Part shown: piece after piece, positions 9,323-16,928 of the stretch | Numbering within the stretch: position 1 is the stretch's first letter | Layout of the letters: each line of letters begins with the position of its first letter | Assembly (NCBI GenBank): GCA_021789095.1 | Contig: JAJYJX010000001.1 | Coordinates: forward strand, 1 to 34,644 | DNA length: 34,644 nucleotides | Direction: 5' to 3' | DNA from: a bacterium | GTDB taxonomy: Bacteria > JAMCPX01 | Translations under genes and position numbers: made by a program | The notes under the pieces: generated by a model | Told to the model about the DNA's origin: nothing | Databases searched by the model: none | What the model saw: only the letters and a program-made list of their open reading frames with translations

Positions 9323-11194
9323 ATGAAGATCAAAAAATTAAATAAGTACGTATGGTTCATCGGGTTGCTGTTGTTATCAGTAACAATGAGTATATCCGGC
9401 ATTGGTTGTAACAGTGGTGGTGGATCGGGCAGTAATTTAGCTAAGAAAAATATAAGCAGAATAGGTGGAGCAGCCAGTAACAACACCGGTAGAAGCAGGA
9501 TTCCTGCAGGCACCCCGGGCAGTGGTTTTTCTGCGACCTGCTACGACAATGGTGAGATCTATGTTGCCAATCAAAGTAGTAATTCCATTACCGTGTATAG
9601 CAGGACAGCCTCAGGAAACGTGGCGCCCCTGCGTACTATATCAGGTACTACCACTGGTCTATATAGACCAGGTGGCATTACAGTAGATACTGTGAACAAT
9701 GAGATCGATATTGTTAATGGTAGTGATAATTATTATAATAATTCCATTACCGTGTATAGCAGAACAGCCTCAGGAAACGTGGCACCCCTGCGTACTATAT
9801 CAGGTACTACCACTGGTCTAAATAGTCCAAATGGTATTGCAGTGGACACTGTTAACAACGAGATCGATGTGGCAAATCACTATGGACCCGTTACTGTTTA
9901 TGCACGAACTGCCTCGGGAAATGTGATGCCGCTGCGTATCTTTTATCCGGGCATATTTTCTTATATGAAATCCTTTTGGGGTATTGCTGTGGATCCTGTT
10001 AACAACGAGATCTATATAACAGATAATGTTAATGGTATGGGAATCCCTTATCAGACTGCCATTATTGTATATCCACGGACAGCCTCAGGAAACGTGGCAC
10101 CCCTGCGTACTATTTCAGGTACTACCACTGGTTTGGATTGGCCATGGGGCATTGCAGTGGATACGGTGAACAATCAGATAGATTGTTCCTCAGCTCAATC
10201 TTCTGCTTCTACAGGCTGTATGCTCGCAGGTGCCGTAGACTGTAATAATGGATATTACTGTCTATCAGGAACAATGTGTGCCCAGTCAGGTGGGCAGACT
10301 ATGTGCTATACTGGCTTTTGTGCAGCAACCTGTTCTGATGGTAGCTGCTGTCCTTCTGGTTATACTTGTGCTCCTAAAGGTGGCTGTATGCCATCAAGTG
10401 CTGTAGACTGTGGTAATGGATATTGCTGTCCATCAGGAGCAACGTGTGCCCAGTCAGGTGGGAAGACGGTGTGTGATAGCGGCACCTGTGGAACAACCTG
10501 TTCTGATGGGAGCTGCTGTCCATCAGGTGATACATGCGCTTCCATAGGTTGCATACCGACAGGCGCTATAGATTGTAGTAATGGATACTACTGTCCATCA
10601 GGAACAACATGTGGACAAGCGATATTTACAAGTGGGCAGACTAAGACTGTATGTAATGGAGGTGCTGGTTCAGTGGCATGTTCGGATGGAACTTACACTT
10701 ACTGTCCATCGGGCGATACGTGTGCTTATGCTGGTGGTTGTATACCATCGGGTACTGTAGACTGTAATAATGGATATTATTGCTCAGCTGGAACAACATG
10801 CAGCCCGACGACAAATGGACAGACGGTATGCAATCCGGTTGCGCCGAGATATTCATGCAGTGGAAGTTCCTGTGTATCCGATCCAAATGGTAGCTATACC
10901 GCCTCTAATTGTAACAACGCTTGCGGCGGAGGAGGTGGCGGTAGTACCTGCTCAAGCGACTCGGATTGTTCAGCTTTTGGGACGAACTGCTGTAGCGGCA
11001 GGAGCAATGCCTTCTGCGAATCCGATCACCTATGCCATTGTTGTGAAGTTCTCTGTGGTGGAGTTAGTGGTAATTGTTACTGTAATCCTTCCTGTTCGAG
11101 TTCATCGGGTTGTCCTACTGTCGGGGATGTCTGCTGGGAAAGTGCATGCACATTCCCTCTGGGCGGTGCTCCAAACAACCTGACTTGCCAATGA
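9323..11194 (+). CDS. Secreted (probably lipoprotein) beta-propeller-repeat protein with a long cysteine-rich repeat tail
   Basis: ATG 9323 follows AAGGAA (9311-9316). The signal sequence MKIKKLNKYVWFIGLLLLSVTMSISGIGC has a lipobox-like SGIGC. There are four NHL/YncE-like blades (ITVYSRTASGNVAPLRTISGTTTGL..GIAVDTVNNEID). These are followed by repeated modules VDCNNGYYCPSGTTC...CSDGSCCPSGDTC. I count about 55 Cys in the last roughly 340 residues. Confidence 0.75.
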   Translation: MKIKKLNKYVWFIGLLLLSVTMSISGIGCNSGGGSGSNLAKKNISRIGGAASNNTGRSRIPAGTPGSGFSATCYDNGEIYVANQSSNSITVYSRTASGNVAPLRTISGTTTGLYRPGGITVDTVNNEIDIVNGSDNYYNNSITVYSRTASGNVAPLRTISGTTTGLNSPNGIAVDTVNNEIDVANHYGPVTVYARTASGNVMPLRIFYPGIFSYMKSFWGIAVDPVNNEIYITDNVNGMGIPYQTAIIVYPRTASGNVAPLRTISGTTTGLDWPWGIAVDTVNNQIDCSSAQSSASTGCMLAGAVDCNNGYYCLSGTMCAQSGGQTMCYTGFCAATCSDGSCCPSGYTCAPKGGCMPSSAVDCGNGYCCPSGATCAQSGGKTVCDSGTCGTTCSDGSCCPSGDTCASIGCIPTGAIDCSNGYYCPSGTTCGQAIFTSGQTKTVCNGGAGSVACSDGTYTYCPSGDTCAYAGGCIPSGTVDCNNGYYCSAGTTCSPTTNGQTVCNPVAPRYSCSGSSCVSDPNGSYTASNCNNACGGGGGGSTCSSDSDCSAFGTNCCSGRSNAFCESDHLCHCCEVLCGGVSGNCYCNPSCSSSSGCPTVGDVCWESACTFPLGGAPNNLTCQ

Positions 11195-11209
11195 ATATTT
11201 TATTCTACC

Positions 11210-11234
11210 GCAGGGCGGGCTTTGCCCGCCCTGC
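11210..11234 (+). terminator. GC-rich hairpin downstream of the lipoprotein gene (no U-tract)
   Basis: CAGGGCGGG (11211-11219) pairs with CCCGCCCTG (11225-11233) around loop CTTTG. It starts 16 nt after the stop codon and has no following T-run, so it is not a textbook intrinsic terminator. Confidence 0.4.
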
Positions 11235-11315
11235 ATGCTGAGCACAAAAGATTGGAGGCAAAGCAAACGCCTGTGGAGGAGAGCAGCCTTCGGTTGACTT
11301 TATAACGGGGTTTAC

Positions 11316-11343
11316 TTGACAAGTCGGTTTTTATCATTATTAT
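11316..11343 (+). promoter_or_regulatory. Sigma70-type promoter for rplU-rpmA
   Basis: TTGACA (11316-11321), a 16-nt spacer and TATTAT (11338-11343) lie about 35 nt upstream of the rplU ATG. The RBS is GAGGAAG. Confidence 0.5.
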
Positions 11344-11378
11344 GTAACAGGATTTAATCAAACCAAAGTGAGGAAGAG

Positions 11379-11702
11379 ATGTACGCAGTTATTAAACATT
11401 CCGGGAAACAATACACGGTAAAGCAGGGAGACATAGTTGCTCTCGACAGAATAGAGAATGCACAGAAAGATGCAGAACTGCAGCTCCAGGATGTTTTACT
11501 CATAAATAACGGTTCAAACACGCTTATCGGCAACCCTGTGGTTGCAGATGCATTTGTTAAAGTTAAAGTGCTTGGTGAAGCAAAGGGAAGCAAGGTTGTA
11601 ATCTTCAAACACAAGAGAAGGAAGAATTACAGGAAGAAGCAGGGCTTCCGCCAGATTTTTACGAAAGTAAAAGTCGAAGATATTGTATATAAGGGTAATT
11701 GA
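11379..11702 (+). CDS. rplU: 50S ribosomal protein L21
   Basis: The N-terminus MYAVIKHSGKQYTVKQGD is typical of L21, and it lies upstream of rpmA. Confidence 0.95.
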   Translation: MYAVIKHSGKQYTVKQGDIVALDRIENAQKDAELQLQDVLLINNGSNTLIGNPVVADAFVKVKVLGEAKGSKVVIFKHKRRKNYRKKQGFRQIFTKVKVEDIVYKGN

Positions 11703-11711
11703 GGTGTTCTG

Positions 11712-11963
11712 ATGGCTCATAAAAAAGGACAGGGCAGTTCGGTAAACGGGAGGGACAGTCACGGCCAGCGGCGCGGTGTGAAGCTTTTTGCGGGACAGCC
11801 GGCAAAGGCAGGCAATATACTCGTAAGGCAGGTCGGTGAGAAATACAAGCCCGGCAAAAATACCGGCATCGGCAAAGACTTTACGATCTTTGCTCTGAAA
11901 GACGGTGTGGTGAAATTCACGCGTGCAAGGGATAAAGTGACGGTCAATGTAATTTCTGTCTGA
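11712..11963 (+). CDS. rpmA: 50S ribosomal protein L27
   Basis: [24 protein letters not shown] is the L27 N-terminal signature. Confidence 0.95.
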   Translation: MAHKKGQGSSVNGRDSHGQRRGVKLFAGQPAKAGNILVRQVGEKYKPGKNTGIGKDFTIFALKDGVVKFTRARDKVTVNVISV

Positions 11964-12025
11964 TGTAGGAATTGAATGTAGTGGCGAGGTTCCCTCGCTC
12001 TATGAGAGGCAAAATCATACAAAAA

Positions 12026-12044
12026 GGGCGGGATGACCCCGCCC
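12026..12044 (+). terminator. Short GC hairpin after rpmA (weak or attenuating terminator)
   Basis: GGGCGGG (12026-12032) pairs with CCCGCCC (12038-12044) around a 5-nt loop, with no downstream T-tract. A second small hairpin pairs GCGAGG with CCTCGC at 11984-11998. Confidence 0.3.
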
Positions 12045-12083
12045 CTACAAGTAATGTGTAATATATTTTTTTCTTGTTAATCC

Positions 12084-13079
12084 ATGAAATTTATTGATAC
12101 TGCCCAAATCCATGTTAAAGCAGGTAACGGCGGCAAAGGCTGCGTAAGTTTCAGAAGGGAGAAGTATGTGCCGAAGGGCGGACCGGACGGAGGCGACGGA
12201 GGCAACGGCGGCAATATCATTGTGCGCAGTTCACTGAGGTTATTCACGCTGATCGATTTCAGGTATGTAAGGCAGTACCATGCAAAAAACGGGCAGCACG
12301 GCAAGGGGAAGAACATGCATGGCAGGAACGGGGATGACAGAATCATTGAAGTCCCGGCAGGTACGCAGATCTATGATGTTGAAACAGGCGAGATGCTGGG
12401 TGATCTTATCAGGCATGGCGAAGGTCTGGTCATCGCAAGGGGAGGAAAGGGCGGTAAAGGCAATGCAAGGTTTGTAAGCTCAACCCACCAGGTGCCGCTC
12501 GAGTCAGAACCTGGTCAGCCCGGTGAGCAAAGGCATATAAGGCTTGAATTGAAATTACTTGCGGATGTAGGCCTGATCGGTTTCCCGAATGTAGGCAAAT
12601 CAAGCCTCATTAAAAGGGTGTCAAACGCACATCCGAAGATTGCAGACTATCCCTTTACGACGATTAACCCGGTTCTTGGTATCGTGCGTTACAAGGAAGA
12701 TAAAAGCTTCGTTATAGCAGACATCCCAGGGTTGATCCAGGGCGCACATAAGGGCAAAGGGCTTGGCGATCAGTTTCTGAAGCATATAGAAAGGACACGT
12801 CTCCTTGTTCATATGCTTGATGCAACAAGGAGCAACGATCCGTACAACGATTTTGAGGTTATAAACAACGAATTGAAGAGCTATAACCCGTCCCTTATCA
12901 AAAAGGAACAACTCGTAGTGATGAACAAGATAGATATTCCTGTTGTAAGAAACAGGCTAATGGGTTATATAAATTCATTCATGGCGCATCACACGGTAAT
13001 ACATCCGATATCATGTGTTACAGGCGAAGGTGTAGATAAACTCATGGATGAGATTGCAAACAGGCTTTACCAGAGCTGA
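12084..13079 (+). CDS. obg: GTPase Obg/CgtA
   Basis: It has the Obg fold signature MKFIDTAQIHVKAGNGGKGCVSFRREKYVPKGGPDGGDGGNGG, the G1 motif GFPNVGKS and G3 DIPGL. Confidence 0.95.
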   Translation: MKFIDTAQIHVKAGNGGKGCVSFRREKYVPKGGPDGGDGGNGGNIIVRSSLRLFTLIDFRYVRQYHAKNGQHGKGKNMHGRNGDDRIIEVPAGTQIYDVETGEMLGDLIRHGEGLVIARGGKGGKGNARFVSSTHQVPLESEPGQPGEQRHIRLELKLLADVGLIGFPNVGKSSLIKRVSNAHPKIADYPFTTINPVLGIVRYKEDKSFVIADIPGLIQGAHKGKGLGDQFLKHIERTRLLVHMLDATRSNDPYNDFEVINNELKSYNPSLIKKEQLVVMNKIDIPVVRNRLMGYINSFMAHHTVIHPISCVTGEGVDKLMDEIANRLYQS

Positions 13080-13084
13080 AGTTT

Positions 13085-14182
13085 ATGAAAAAGATTGTTG
13101 TTAAAATAGGGAGTTCTGTCCTGACCCTTGACAACGGGGAACCAGATCGTACCCGGTTTAATATACTCGCGGCAGATATTGCTGGCATTATGGGAGAGGG
13201 GTATGCTGTTGCAGTTGTGTCATCAGGTGCAATTGCATTCGGAAGATCAATCGCAGGGAAAGAGCTTGCTCCGGTAAGCATACCGAATAAGCAGGTACTG
13301 TCGAGCATCGGACAGCCTCTGCTGATAAATGCATATATGACGGATCTTAAACCGTACAATAAGACTGTCGCACAGGTGCTGCTTACGCATGAGGATTTCA
13401 TGGACAGGCAGAGGTACCTCAATGCAAGAAGGTCGATAGAACTCATGCTGAACAGGGGATTCGTCCCTGTTGTTAACGAGAACGATGCAATATCGGTCGA
13501 TGAGATAAAGGTCGGGGATAATGATACGCTTTCTGCAATGGTCGCCGTTATGATAAGTGCAGACAGACTTATCATATTGAGCGATATAGACGCGATCTAT
13601 GACAGGGACCCCAACAGGTACAGGGATGCAAGGCCCATCAATGAAATAAAACCAGCAGACCAGTACCGTTCATTCGGAGAAAGCAAAAGCAGGTACGGCG
13701 TCGGCGGTGTAAGGACAAAGATCACGGCTGCAAAACAGCTTGCGAAACTTGGCATAACCACAACGATAGCAAACGGCAGGATAAACAATATAATAACAAG
13801 AGTTGTAAACGGGGAAAAGCTTGGTACCACCATTCTGCCGGGCAATAAAAGGATTAATGCGAAAAGAAAATGGGTCAGCCTGCTTTTGAAATCTTCGGGT
13901 TCCATATCCATAGACGACGGCGCCCGTGCTGCAGTGCTGAAGAACAAGAGCCTTCTTGCGGCCGGGATCATAAAGGTGTCGGGTACGTTTAAAGATGAAG
14001 ACGTCATAAGCATCATGGACACAAACGGACGCGAGATAGCAAGAGGTATAACAAATTACTCTGTTACGGAAATAGAAAGGATAAAAGGGAAAAAGTCTTC
14101 TCAGATAAAGACTTCACTCGGATATTTTAAAGGCGACGAGGTCATACACAGGGACAATCTTATACTGAATGCAGATGGTTGA
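13085..14182 (+). CDS. proB: Glutamate 5-kinase (with C-terminal PUA domain)
   Basis: It has KIVVKIGSSVLT, VSSGAIA and NENDAISVDEIKVGDNDTLSA motifs, and it is followed by proA. Confidence 0.93.
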   Translation: MKKIVVKIGSSVLTLDNGEPDRTRFNILAADIAGIMGEGYAVAVVSSGAIAFGRSIAGKELAPVSIPNKQVLSSIGQPLLINAYMTDLKPYNKTVAQVLLTHEDFMDRQRYLNARRSIELMLNRGFVPVVNENDAISVDEIKVGDNDTLSAMVAVMISADRLIILSDIDAIYDRDPNRYRDARPINEIKPADQYRSFGESKSRYGVGGVRTKITAAKQLAKLGITTTIANGRINNIITRVVNGEKLGTTILPGNKRINAKRKWVSLLLKSSGSISIDDGARAAVLKNKSLLAAGIIKVSGTFKDEDVISIMDTNGREIARGITNYSVTEIERIKGKKSSQIKTSLGYFKGDEVIHRDNLILNADG

Positions 14183-14195
14183 TGGAAGGTATTCA

Positions 14196-15449
14196 ATGGA
14201 TAAAAAAGACGTGGCAGACGTAACACAAAGTGCAAAACAGGCGGGCCTTAAGCTGGGCACTTCAGGGACAGCAGCCAAGGACAATGCCCTGAAGTTGATG
14301 GCAGAAGGTTTGATGGAGAGAAAGTCTTTTATCTTTGATGCGAATGCGACGGATGTAAGCAATGCTAAAAAGAACGGCCTGCATCCCTCATTCATAGACA
14401 GGCTTACCATAACGGAGAAGGTGCTCAAATCCATGGTGGACGGGATAACCGAGGTAAGGGCATTGAAGGATCCTGTAGGCGAGATAACAAGGGCATGGAC
14501 AAGGCCGAACGGGCTTCTTGTCGGAAGGATGCGCATACCGATCGGAGTTATCCTGATGATATACGAGTCAAGGCCGAATGTTACCGCAGATGCGTCTGCA
14601 CTTTGTGTAAAAGCAGGCAATGCCGTGATCCTTAAGGGAGGCTCAGAGGCGATACATTCAAACAAGGCAATTGTTGATGTGCTTGTCTCTGCACTGAAAA
14701 GAGCAGATCTGCCGGCTGGCAGCATACAGTTCATCGACACTCCGGACAAAGACGTCCTGTACGAGTTCCTCAAGCAGGACGGACGGATCGACCTTGTTAT
14801 ACCGAGGGGCGGGGAGGAGCTTATAAGGGCCGTTGCCCAGCATTCGCGCATACCCGTTTTAAAACATGACAAGGGCATATGCCATGTATTTGTTGATGCG
14901 GGCGCGGACCTGGATATTGCATGGAAGGTATGTTTTAATGCAAAGGTTCAGAGGCCGGGGGTGTGCAACGCAATGGAAACACTGCTTGTCCATAAGGATA
15001 CTGCAAAGGCGTTTCTGCCGAACATGATCGATATGTACGGGAAGGCGGGCGTGGAGATCAGGGGATGCGAACGTACGAGGGAGATAGTAGAAGGTATACA
15101 TGCTGCGCAGGAGCAGGACTGGTACACGGAATATCTCGATCTTATTCTGTCAGTAAGGGTTGTGGATTCCCTTGATCAGGCGATAGAGCATATAAACCAT
15201 TATAGTTCCCATCACACGGATTCAATAATCACGAAGGATGTTAATCACTCGATGAAATTTTTAAGGGAGGTCGACTCGTCGACAGTGCTTGTGAATGCGT
15301 CTACGAGGTTCAGCGACGGTTTCCAGCTGGGCCTTGGCGCCGAGATAGGCATATCAACCTCGAAACTGCACGCCTTCGGCCCTATGGGGCTTGAGGAATT
15401 AACAGCCCAGAAATTCGTTATAATGGGTAATGGGCAGGTGAGGGAATAG
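14196..15449 (+). CDS. proA: Gamma-glutamyl phosphate reductase
   Basis: It is an aldehyde-dehydrogenase-type sequence with the catalytic Cys context QRPGVCNAMETLLVH. The start is either ATG 14196 or ATG 14169 (track), which would overlap proB by 14 nt. Confidence 0.9.
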   Translation: MDKKDVADVTQSAKQAGLKLGTSGTAAKDNALKLMAEGLMERKSFIFDANATDVSNAKKNGLHPSFIDRLTITEKVLKSMVDGITEVRALKDPVGEITRAWTRPNGLLVGRMRIPIGVILMIYESRPNVTADASALCVKAGNAVILKGGSEAIHSNKAIVDVLVSALKRADLPAGSIQFIDTPDKDVLYEFLKQDGRIDLVIPRGGEELIRAVAQHSRIPVLKHDKGICHVFVDAGADLDIAWKVCFNAKVQRPGVCNAMETLLVHKDTAKAFLPNMIDMYGKAGVEIRGCERTREIVEGIHAAQEQDWYTEYLDLILSVRVVDSLDQAIEHINHYSSHHTDSIITKDVNHSMKFLREVDSSTVLVNASTRFSDGFQLGLGAEIGISTSKLHAFGPMGLEELTAQKFVIMGNGQVRE

Positions 15450-15461
15450 AATGGAGCTTTC

Positions 15462-16109
15462 GTGAAAAATAGTTTCGGTGTCCTCGGAGGGAGCTTTAAC
15501 CCGATACATTACGGTCACCTGCGTGGTGCCGAGGAGATCAGACAGAGGTTTTCGCTTGAAAAGGTCCTGTTTATTCCAACCTATGTTCCACCGCACAAAC
15601 CAGAACATGATGTTCTTGGATACAAACACAGAAAAGCCATGGTAGACATGGCAATACACTCAAACCCGTCCTTCGTGCTTGAAGGTATAGAAGAGCTCCT
15701 GCCCGTACCGTCCTATACATACAGGACCATGCAGGCACTTATAAAAAAGTATGGCAGGGACGAGGAGTTCTGTTTTATTATCGGTGAGGATGATTTTGCC
15801 AATATTCACACATGGCGTTCTCCTTCCATACTCTTTTCATTGTGCACCATGGTTGTTATAACACGGCATGACACGTCCAAGACCCTTCCGCAGATACTGT
15901 CGGTTGACCTGAAAGACGATTTCTGGTATCTGGAAAAAGAAGGTGTTTTAGTGCATAAAGACGGGAAAAAGGTTTATTTATCTTCCATACCAGTGCTTGA
16001 TATTTCATCGAGCAGGATAAGGTCTCTTGTGAAGCAGCATAAATCAATCCATTATCTTACGCCTGATCCGGTAATAGAGTACATAGAAAAGGAGAGGCTC
16101 TACTATTAA
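15462..16109 (+). CDS. nadD: Nicotinate-nucleotide adenylyltransferase
   Basis: It has the GVLGGSFNPIHYGHL nucleotidyltransferase motif and the ISSSRIR motif near the C-terminus. It starts with GTG. Confidence 0.9.
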   Translation: MKNSFGVLGGSFNPIHYGHLRGAEEIRQRFSLEKVLFIPTYVPPHKPEHDVLGYKHRKAMVDMAIHSNPSFVLEGIEELLPVPSYTYRTMQALIKKYGRDEEFCFIIGEDDFANIHTWRSPSILFSLCTMVVITRHDTSKTLPQILSVDLKDDFWYLEKEGVLVHKDGKKVYLSSIPVLDISSSRIRSLVKQHKSIHYLTPDPVIEYIEKERLYY

Positions 16110-16452
16110 CATTTCTGCTCTTGATCTTATAAAACGCATAACGAGACTGCTTTCCGATAAACTCGCAGAAAATGTTGTTGCAATAGATGTAAGGGCGCAT
16201 CTCGGCATAGTTGATTACTTTATTGTATGTTCGGTGAAGTCCGAGAGACAGTGCCGTGCGGCTGCCATGTACGTACGGGATGAACTGGAGGGGATTGGTA
16301 TACATATGCAGGGTATCGAAGGCGAACAGTCGGGTACGTGGATAGTGATGGATTACGGCGATATTGTACTGCACGTCTTTCTTGAAGCTGCAAGATTGTA
16401 TTACGATATAGACGGCCTGTGGTCCGACGCTAAAAGGGCAGTAATAGAGTAG
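16105..16452 (+). CDS. rsfS: Ribosomal silencing factor RsfS (iojap family); start codon non-canonical or uncertain
   Basis: The track calls only 16234-16452, from an internal GTG. The same frame is open back to 16087 and encodes RsfS-like sequence (ALDLIKRITRLLSDKLAENVVAIDVRAHLGIVDYFIVCSVKSERQ). No ATG, GTG or TTG lies in that stretch. ATT 16105 sits 8 nt after AAAGGAGAGG. Confidence 0.75.
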   Translation: MNISALDLIKRITRLLSDKLAENVVAIDVRAHLGIVDYFIVCSVKSERQCRAAAMYVRDELEGIGIHMQGIEGEQSGTWIVMDYGDIVLHVFLEAARLYYDIDGLWSDAKRAVIE

Positions 16453-16454
16453 CC

Positions 16455-16919
16455 ATGTTTATAAACATAGTGTCTGTGGGCCTGCCCAGAAGCAAACAGG
16501 TGCAACAGTTGACGCATGATTACATGGAAAGAATCAATAAATATTCAAGGGTGTCACTAAAGGCTGTAAAACAGGAACCGCTGTTGCAGGGCAATGGGGA
16601 TGTTGCTGTCAGGAAAGAGGCAAAGAAACTGATAGGACTTATGAAAGATTGCTATAATATTGTACTCGATAAAGACGGGGAAATGATGAGCTCAGAGTCA
16701 TTTGCAAAGTTTTTAAATAATAGTATAATGGGCGGAACGAGGATTGTGAATGTGATAATAGGAGGTCCAACAGGTATTGATATGTCGGTAAAACAGAGGG
16801 CTGATAAGGTGTTATCCTTATCAAGGATGACATTTTCGCATGAAATAACGATGGTGATAATTGCAGAACAGCTGTACAGGGCTTTTACCATAATGCACGG
16901 TATTCCGTATCATAGGTAA
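16455..16919 (+). CDS. rlmH: 23S rRNA (pseudouridine1915-N3)-methyltransferase RlmH (SPOUT)
   Basis: It is 154 aa, with IIGGPTGI and the C-terminal LSLSRMTFSHEITMVIIAEQLYRAFTIMHGIPYHR typical of RlmH. It follows rsfS, as in many bacteria. Confidence 0.9.
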   Translation: MFINIVSVGLPRSKQVQQLTHDYMERINKYSRVSLKAVKQEPLLQGNGDVAVRKEAKKLIGLMKDCYNIVLDKDGEMMSSESFAKFLNNSIMGGTRIVNVIIGGPTGIDMSVKQRADKVLSLSRMTFSHEITMVIIAEQLYRAFTIMHGIPYHR

Positions 16920-16928
16920 GGCGGCACT

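Noticed and set aside
9112-9513. A 133-aa minus-strand ORF overlaps the repeat element and the lipoprotein 5' end.
   Set aside because: It crosses the palindromic element and lies antisense to the signal peptide region. Its Leu/Pro-rich, low-complexity translation has no RBS.
13042-14878. Minus-strand ORFs (13042-13575, 13597-14022 and 14114-14878) lie opposite proB and proA.
   Set aside because: They are shadow ORFs of well-supported housekeeping genes.
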